Positions 57,104-64,000 of a DNA stretch of 64,000 nt are shown here, one piece after another. The first letter of the stretch is position 1. Each line of letters begins with the position of its first letter. A program made the position numbers and the translations under genes. The notes under the pieces are model-generated. The model did not search any database, was not told where the DNA came from, and worked only from the letters and a program-made list of their open reading frames with translations. This DNA comes from Eledone cirrhosa (lineage: Eukaryota), in NCBI GenBank assembly GCA_964016885.1, contig OZ024745.1, positions 14,694,001 to 14,758,000 of the forward strand, written 5' to 3'.

Positions 57104-57197
57104 TATATACATATAAATATATATATGTATAGGTGTGTGTGTATATATATATAGATAGATAGACAGATACGCACACATGTACATAGATAGATATATG

Positions 57198-57401
57198 TGA
57201 GACCCGGGTTCAATCGGGGGTAACCGCACTAAGTAAAGTACTCAATACATTAGTAGAGTATATACAACATTTAATATAGAAATGCCTTCTACAGGACTAG
57301 AGTTGTTTCATTCGAAGGAAATCACCACGAAAGCCTTTCCTGATGATTTTCTTCGAATGAAACCCTTTCTAGTCATGTAGAAGCCATTTCTATATTAAAT
57401 T
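57198..57401. mobile_element. Family D foldback, decayed
   Basis: Homologous to 42510-42699; CTGATGA at 57340-57346. Confidence 0.75.
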
Positions 57402-57438
57402 ACCCCCCCCCCCCCCCTCTATCCGACTCTCTCTCAAT

Positions 57439-57488
<50 letters not shown>

Positions 57489-57495
57489 CTCTCTT

Positions 57496-57545
<50 letters not shown>

Positions 57546-57547
<2 letters not shown>

Positions 57548-57787
57548 GGAAAAAGTATGACCCCGACGGCAGAGCTCAAGCCGTTTCGACGGCTATTTCT
57601 GGACTCTTTCTGGCTATTTCTGGGTATTTCTGACTCTTTCTGGCTATTTCTGGACTATTTATGCCGTTGAAACGTCTTGAGCTCTGCCGTCGGGGTCATA
57701 CTTTTTCCTATTTCCCACTCTACTACCCTAAGTATTGAGTACTCTGGTGCTTTATGGTCCATCTGGTTCCTTACCACATTTCCTTTG

Positions 57788-57790
<3 letters not shown>
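57546..57790. mobile_element. Family E foldback with stuttered junction
   Basis: Junction 57590-57660 holds repeated GGCTATTTCTGG(ACT) pieces. Confidence 0.8.
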
Positions 57791-57852
<62 letters not shown>

Positions 57853-58115
57853 TAGATGTAGACCGCAATATCAACGATATAGAAACACTGAAAACAACAC
57901 CAGCTTCATGTCATATACAAGAATTGATTTTCTCACACCCAGAGCCTCTAGATTGCGAACTGATGAGATTATGCGTAGATTCCGAACTTATGAGGGTAAT
58001 TATAATCAGTGTCACTCAATTCTCTACAAATGTTATATATATATATACGCCACCCATAGCAGACAGTCGCGGGAATTGTTCTTATGTTGTGTTTCTCTTA
58101 CTTTTTCTAAATAAT

Positions 58116-58292
58116 TGTTTCTACCTTTTTGGCACAAGGCCAGCAATTATCCCAGTACATTACTGGTACTTTATTTTATCGACCCCGTAAGGATGAAAGG
58201 CAAAGTTGACCTCGGCGGCATTTGAACTCAGACCATAAAGGGCCGTAACTCTATGCTGTAAAGCATGGCATCCGACTCTCTTCCGATACCGC
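58116..58292 (-). mobile_element. SINE with 13-bp TSD, inserted into a repeat whose empty copy is at ~58935-59027
   Basis: TTTTCTAAATAAT at 58103-58115 and 58293-58305. Confidence 0.9.
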
Positions 58293-59030
58293 TTTTCTAA
58301 ATAATATTTATTAGTAACCATACAAAACCTTTGTCACTTTTAATTCATATTAATTTATTGCTGTAATCTCTGTTCTATTCTCCCTATCTCACTTGTTAAT
58401 TCTTGTTTTGAACTTGTGTTCTTCCATTTTAAATTAACTCTTTTCCTTCCCCCTTTCTCCCTCGTTTTTCTCTCTCTCTCCCATTCACTTATTTTCCTTC
58501 TCTTTCTCTCCCCACTCAGTCATTATCTTTCTCTCTTACCATCTATCTCCTTTCGCCCCTTCTCTCTCTGCTCCCTTACCACTTTCTCCTTCTCACTTCC
58601 ATTTTCTTTCGTCCCCCTCTCTCTGCGCCTGTTCACGCTATGATCAGACGTTTTTTGTCTTAGCTCTCCCTTGTACTGTTAATACGGAGTCAGGACTTAC
58701 GTTCGGTCTCCTTTTTAACTTCTCCCACTATCCCACTGGTTTCTGCAATTTCCATGTACTACTGTCTTGTGTTTCCCCCCTCCCTATCCCCGTGTTTTCT
58801 TCTGTTTATTTTCTTTTTCTGTCGTTCTCTTCGCTATAGTCTCTGTATTTTTGTTGTTTTCTTCCCTGATAACTATTCCTATTAGTTATCAACGCACTGT
58901 GGTCAGATGTAATGTCTTTAATACGTCAAAACGTCAGCAACCCACAGTAGACAGGCGAAGTGCGAGAATTGTCCTTATGCTTGTGTTTCTCTTACGTTTT
59001 CTAAATAATACTTTTTAGTAACCATACAGC

Positions 59031-59143
<113 letters not shown>

Positions 59144-59221
59144 TATATATACATGATGGCTGCCCCCTCGTTGTCGAGTATGGCCATTGCACGATATACC
59201 ATTATTAATTATTAATTATTA

Positions 59222-59412
59222 AGGGCGGTGAATTGGCAGTATTGGGAGAGGGTCGGACGCCATGCTTTGACGTATAGAGTTACGGCCCGTGCCATTCTGA
59301 GTTCAAATCCCGCCGAGGTTAACTTTGCCTTTCATCCTTACGGGGTCGATAAAATAAAGTACCAGTACCGCACTGGGTAATTGCTGGCCTTGTGCCTAAC
59401 GTAGAAACAATT
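59222..59412 (+). mobile_element. Full-length SINE
   Basis: GGCGGTGAATTGGCAGTATTGG A-box region, GAGTTCAAATCC B-box, core; ATTAATT-repeat flanks. Confidence 0.9.
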
Positions 59413-59734
59413 AATTATTAATTATTAATTAATTCTATCGTGCAATGCCTTTGCGTGAAGATATTTTTTAAAGTGAGGCTGTGCATTTATATACATACAT
59501 ACATACATACATACATACATAATACATGCATATATATATATATATATGTTTATATATATATATATATATATATACAATATAAAGAAATACACAGACACAT
59601 GCGAATACATACATATACATGCATATACCTACATATATCCCTGAATTTGTGTGGTGCCAACCTTAACCGTTGTTGCTCTATGAATAATAGGGACAAACTA
59701 ATCCGAATGGATTAGATTGATTCAATATCAGAGC

Positions 59735-60198
59735 TATATAATACATTATAAAGAAAGAAGAAATATTAGACATAATTAATAAGATAAACCATACCTAAAT
59801 TCCCTCATTAGTAGTGACTGCTGTATAGCTTACATTACTCAAACCTCCTAGCCATCTCTTCTACGGCCTTGACATAAATACCCCCTCCGCCTTTTGTGGT
59901 ATTTTTCTCTTGGTTGTAAAAGGCTTAGCTCTGTTTCTTGACCGCTGTATCACGTGATGGACTCTCCCTCCGACATTCGGGATTCTATCTCGCGTCCTAC
60001 GGACGAGTTTTGACACTCTAAATAAGGTATCCTCTTGATAAGTCGGCAAACCTCACAAAAATACTGTATCTCTATGATGTAGTGTTCTTGCATAATAAGC
60101 CACGAAACTACGTAGTCGAGGATAATAAGGAAATTTAGGTATGGTTTATCTTAATAATTATGTCTAATATTTTTTCTTTCTTTATAATGTATTATATA
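59735..60198. mobile_element. PLE-like element, family G, with ~75-bp inverted arms (59735-59809 / 60123-60198)
   Basis: Arms read directly; homologous to 6108-6312. Confidence 0.8.
60029..60123 (+). ncRNA. Type I hammerhead ribozyme motif, U3-A8 core variant
   Basis: Stem I ATCCTC/GAGGAT; TTGATAA 60035-60041; stem II GT-C-GGC/GCC-AC; GAAAC 60104-60108; ACTACGTAGT palindrome; GUC 60115-60117. Confidence 0.8.
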
Positions 60199-60201
60199 TA
60201 T

Positions 60202-61070
60202 ATATTTATTAAAATAACAGATTAATGTTTAAGCAAAGAATCGCTGCTTTAACCCTTAACAGGATCCTCTGAAACTAACAAAGTCAATCTGTAAACGCAG
60301 AAGTGGATATTTAAAAAAACGTTGCAACCGGAGGAAGACAAGAAGACGATACTTTGGTTCGTGGAAACGTTCCCTGGCAAAGAACGGGAAAAAACGAATA
60401 TAATACGTCATTAATAGGAGCGGTGAAAAACAATTACACGCAAAGACAGGACCACGTTTATGGTATAAAAGAAGTCGTAGACTAATGTTCTCTTAGGTGG
60501 TTCATAGAGACGTTCTCTGGCAATGAACGGAAAAAACCAAGATAATACGTCATATGTGGAGCGTGGAGAACAATTGCACGCAAAGACAAAACCACGTAAA
60601 TGGTATAGCAGAAGTCGTAGACTAAAATTCTAACTAGTTAGAATTTTTGTCTACGACTTCAGCTATACCATTTACGTGGTTTTGTCTTTGCGTGCAATTG
60701 TTCTCCACGCTCCACATATGACGTATTATCTTGGTTTTTTTCCGTTCATTGCCAGAGAACGTCTCTATGAACCACCTAAGAGAACATTAGTCTACGACTT
60801 CTTTTATACCATAAACGTGGTCCTGTCTTTGCGTGTAATTGTTTTTCACCGCTCCTATTAATGACGTATTATATTCGTTTTTTCCCGTTCTTTGCCAGGG
60901 AACGTTTCCACGAACCAAAGTATCGTCTTCTTGTCTTCCTCCGGTTGCAACGTTTTTTTAAATATCCACTTCTGCGTTTACAGATTGACTTTGTTAGTTT
61001 CAGAAGATCCCGTTAAGGGTGAAAGCAGCGATTCTTTGCTTAAACTTTAATCTGTTATTTTAATAAATAT
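60202..61070. repeat. Spacerless palindrome, family H: ~434-bp arms, centre 60635/60636
   Basis: Centre AATTCTAACT|AGTTAGAATT; few arm differences; each arm has two diverged ~144-bp tandem units. Confidence 0.92.
60980..61055 (+). ncRNA. Extended type I hammerhead motif with A4 core variant
   Basis: Distal ACAGATTGA/TTAATCTGT; stem I AGTTT/AAACT; CAGAAGA 61001-61007; CCC/GGG stem II; GAAA 61021-61024; stem III AGCA/TGCT; CUU ending 61041. Confidence 0.65.
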
Positions 61071-61161
61071 TTGCTCTACGGGTCTTATATATTTGATATA
61101 TATTTATCCTTATCGAGTCCTCTTTGGATTTTAGTCTTCAAATTTATTATTATTACTAATG

Positions 61162-61224
<63 letters not shown>

Positions 61225-61512
61225 TAACGGAACGAAATGCCTGTTAAGGAAGGTATATCTTCGTTCCATCATAGGATACATTACTTGCTAGCATGTTGCG
61301 CAACTTGGAGTGTAGCTGTCGGATTCCCAGGTTCATCTTTAACCTGTTTGTATTTTCGTAGGTCTAAGTGTCTTAGACTTGCGATATTGATGTATGTTTA
61401 ATCCTATTGAGAACCGATGATGCAGAGGCATTGTTGCTTTTAAAAAAAGAGGGAAGTGCAATAGGTGCTCATACGGGATAGCATCACACACATACACCTA
61501 TATATATATATA

Positions 61513-61695
61513 TGAAAAATTATGACCCCGACGGCAGAGCTCAAGCCGTTTCGACGGCTATTTCTGGACTGAAATAGCCGTCGAAACGGTTTGAGCTCTG
61601 CCGTCGGGGTCATACTTTTTCCTATTACCCACTCTACTACCCTAAGTTTTGTGTACTCTGGTGCGTTATGGTCCATCTGGTTCCTTACCACAATT
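61513..61695. mobile_element. Family E foldback
   Basis: Short arm (-) to ~61570, long arm (+) from ~61571. Confidence 0.8.
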
Positions 61696-61896
61696 TCTTC
61701 GTTTTCTTTTCTCCTTTTCTTCCGTTCTTGTCTCTTCTCATTCTTCATCTTTCTATTCAATCTTTTGTTTCTAATTCTATCTTTAAATGAAAGATTAGTG
61801 TCCGAAACAATAATTACACTTTTCCAGTTATTTCTCACGTTAAACTAATATACTTCTTCATCCTACTGTGTCGATTGTTTTGTTATATCTGTTTAC

Positions 61897-61927
<31 letters not shown>

Positions 61928-64000
61928 GTAAACATATATATAGTGAGAGAGAGGTGGTTGAATGCACTGGAACTATTTTGAAAAAGTGATGTATATAAAT
62001 TAACTACAACGTACAAGGACTAATCTGTTTTAACTTATTTATACCTAAACGTTTTCTCCAAACGCTTCTTTTTATATATTTCAATTTGTATCATTTCTAA
62101 GCGTATATTTGTGTACAAAATTCAAATAAAAGAAATATTTTGGTAAGAGATGATAATTCAGTTACGTTTCCATAACTACCAGCTAAGAAGGAACGCTGTG
62201 TAAATAATGTATTATCTTTAAGCTGTCAAAACTCATCATATTTATCTCTGTCCTTCTCCCTCACAGTTCCCATCATTGTGGAATATACTCTACTCTAATA
62301 TATTCATGTCCGTGTTTTTCTTTTTCTCCCCCCACTCCTCTTTCTCACTCCCATATTCACCCTTTCTTTTCATTATTCTTTGTTTTTCTCATCCCTCACT
62401 CACTCTATGTCTTCTCTATGTCTTCTTTATCCTTTTCTCAACTTACAACCTTCAGGCAGTTTTGTAAACCTGAAATCAAACCGTACAGAAATGTTTCTAT
62501 TGAAATCAATCCTACACGAGCGAAGAGGGTGGCAACCATTCTATGAGATTTTCTTATTGATATACAAATTACCAGGACAGAATAGGGCAGTTTCTGTATC
62601 TTTACAACAATCAAGAGAAACGGCTTTTGTTTTTATAGTGGTAGGACTAACAGCTGCCTGGTTCAATACTAAAAGCAATTGTATTTTCTTAAAAAAACCC
62701 TGAAAACCTTACAAATATATTTCCTATACTTAAACATCCACGGAATTTGGTAATAAATAATCACCCACTTTCTGTAACTGAACACGAATTGCCAAATATA
62801 ATATTTCATTTTTTTTACAAATTGTATCTGTGCCTCCTTATTAACCTCTCTCTCATCAGTCACAACACTGATACGGACACCAGTTAAAATAACTGCGTGT
62901 TTCTCTGGTATAAATTCCTTTAACTTCATTTCCTAAACATATTGACAAGACAAAGCATATTCTTCCGACTTAACATTCCTGAAGCCCCCTGAAAGGGATA
63001 TAATAACTACCCTTCCATATCCTAGATATGTTTATACATAGTTTTTTCATACCGAAATATCGTATTTCCAAACCGCAACTGTGTTGAAATAGTGGCTCTG
63101 CTGCAGCAGTACGGGCAACACATGTATGTTACTTACTATACCCGAGGACCTTAAACTATCCGGAACAAGAGACATTTGCTCAACGAAGGCAGACTGTGGA
63201 TGCGACAAACACTCTCCTATCAAACAAATACACGAACACGCACATACACATACACAAACAAATACACATACATATACATATGCACACACACATACACATA
63301 CACACACGAATATTTTCAACCTATCTCGATAATATGTGACACACTGTCAAGAAATGCCAAACCTTCACTTTTCACTTAATTTAAGAATGTTAGCAATCCT
63401 ATATAACTATCATTAAACTACTATCTCTCCCACCTTCAATTCACGTTTCACTGTCTTAATGTAAGTTCTATTAGCTCAGATTCATCAGAGACCTGTCATT
63501 CCACTTCCCACAACAGCACCATGTCAGGCTTCAGAAATAATTTTCAACAGATTATATAATCACTATACAAATCTGCCTCCTCTTTTTTCTCCGCAGAGCT
63601 GTTCTGCAAGTGAACAGGTCGCAGATGGCTGATGATATGATGGCTAGTTGCGATATGAGCGGGAGCCTGCTGGACGAAGAAGCAGCCCCGGACCAACAAC
63701 GGTAAAATACTAGCAGAGATGGAGTAATGAGTGGTGACACCTTTAGCAAAAAAGAAAACTCTTACAGCCATGTAGCTACGGCGAGGCGAGTAAAGGCCCC
63801 TCTAAAACAGCGTAGTTTTCGCGGGTCTGAGAAAAGTACCAGTTTGGTGACTGGCGCGAATAAAACCACCAGAAATCGCTGCAATGTGCCTAGCCCCCCC
63901 CCCCCCCCCCCTCGTCTTGAAGAGTATGAGATATATTGCAAGTAATAGCAACAACATAGTACACTATCCATTACAAATTATAGATATAATTTTAAAGAAA

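Noticed and set aside
57955-58025. CTGATGA with GATTAT/ATAATC stem II
   Set aside because: GAAA absent
63040-64000. Possible host exon at ~63597-63700 (pyrimidine tract-CAG ... GT) or LINE ORF1 relic (SYSHVA; LLQQYGQ)
   Set aside because: No recognisable domain, in-frame stops, truncated by the window end; ambiguous

Overview
AT-rich, microsatellite-dense animal non-coding DNA (intronic or intergenic). An octopod cephalopod is the likely source, inferred from the SINE family, RTE LINEs and (TA)n/(CA)n load. I found no credible host exon, and nearly all track ORFs are microsatellite artefacts or retroelement fragments. Recognisable content: about 20 copies of a tRNA-derived SINE, one near-full-length degenerate RTE LINE (45.2-48.4 kb), two 5'-inverted RTE fragments, a CR1/L2-group RT fragment, two mariner-type MITEs, two minisatellites, and two Penelope-like (PLE) GIY-YIG endonuclease remnants. 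The main unannotated signal is about a dozen hand-foldable type I hammerhead ribozyme motifs from at least 8 unrelated sequence families, several with non-canonical cores (U3-A8, A4, C4, U.U at 10.1/11.1). Most sit in head-to-head foldback (inverted-repeat) elements embedded in (TA)n tracts, always with the ribozyme strand reading outward. This looks like a microsatellite-targeting, double-primed PLE/retrozyme-like system. All folds were done by eye and no activity is demonstrated.
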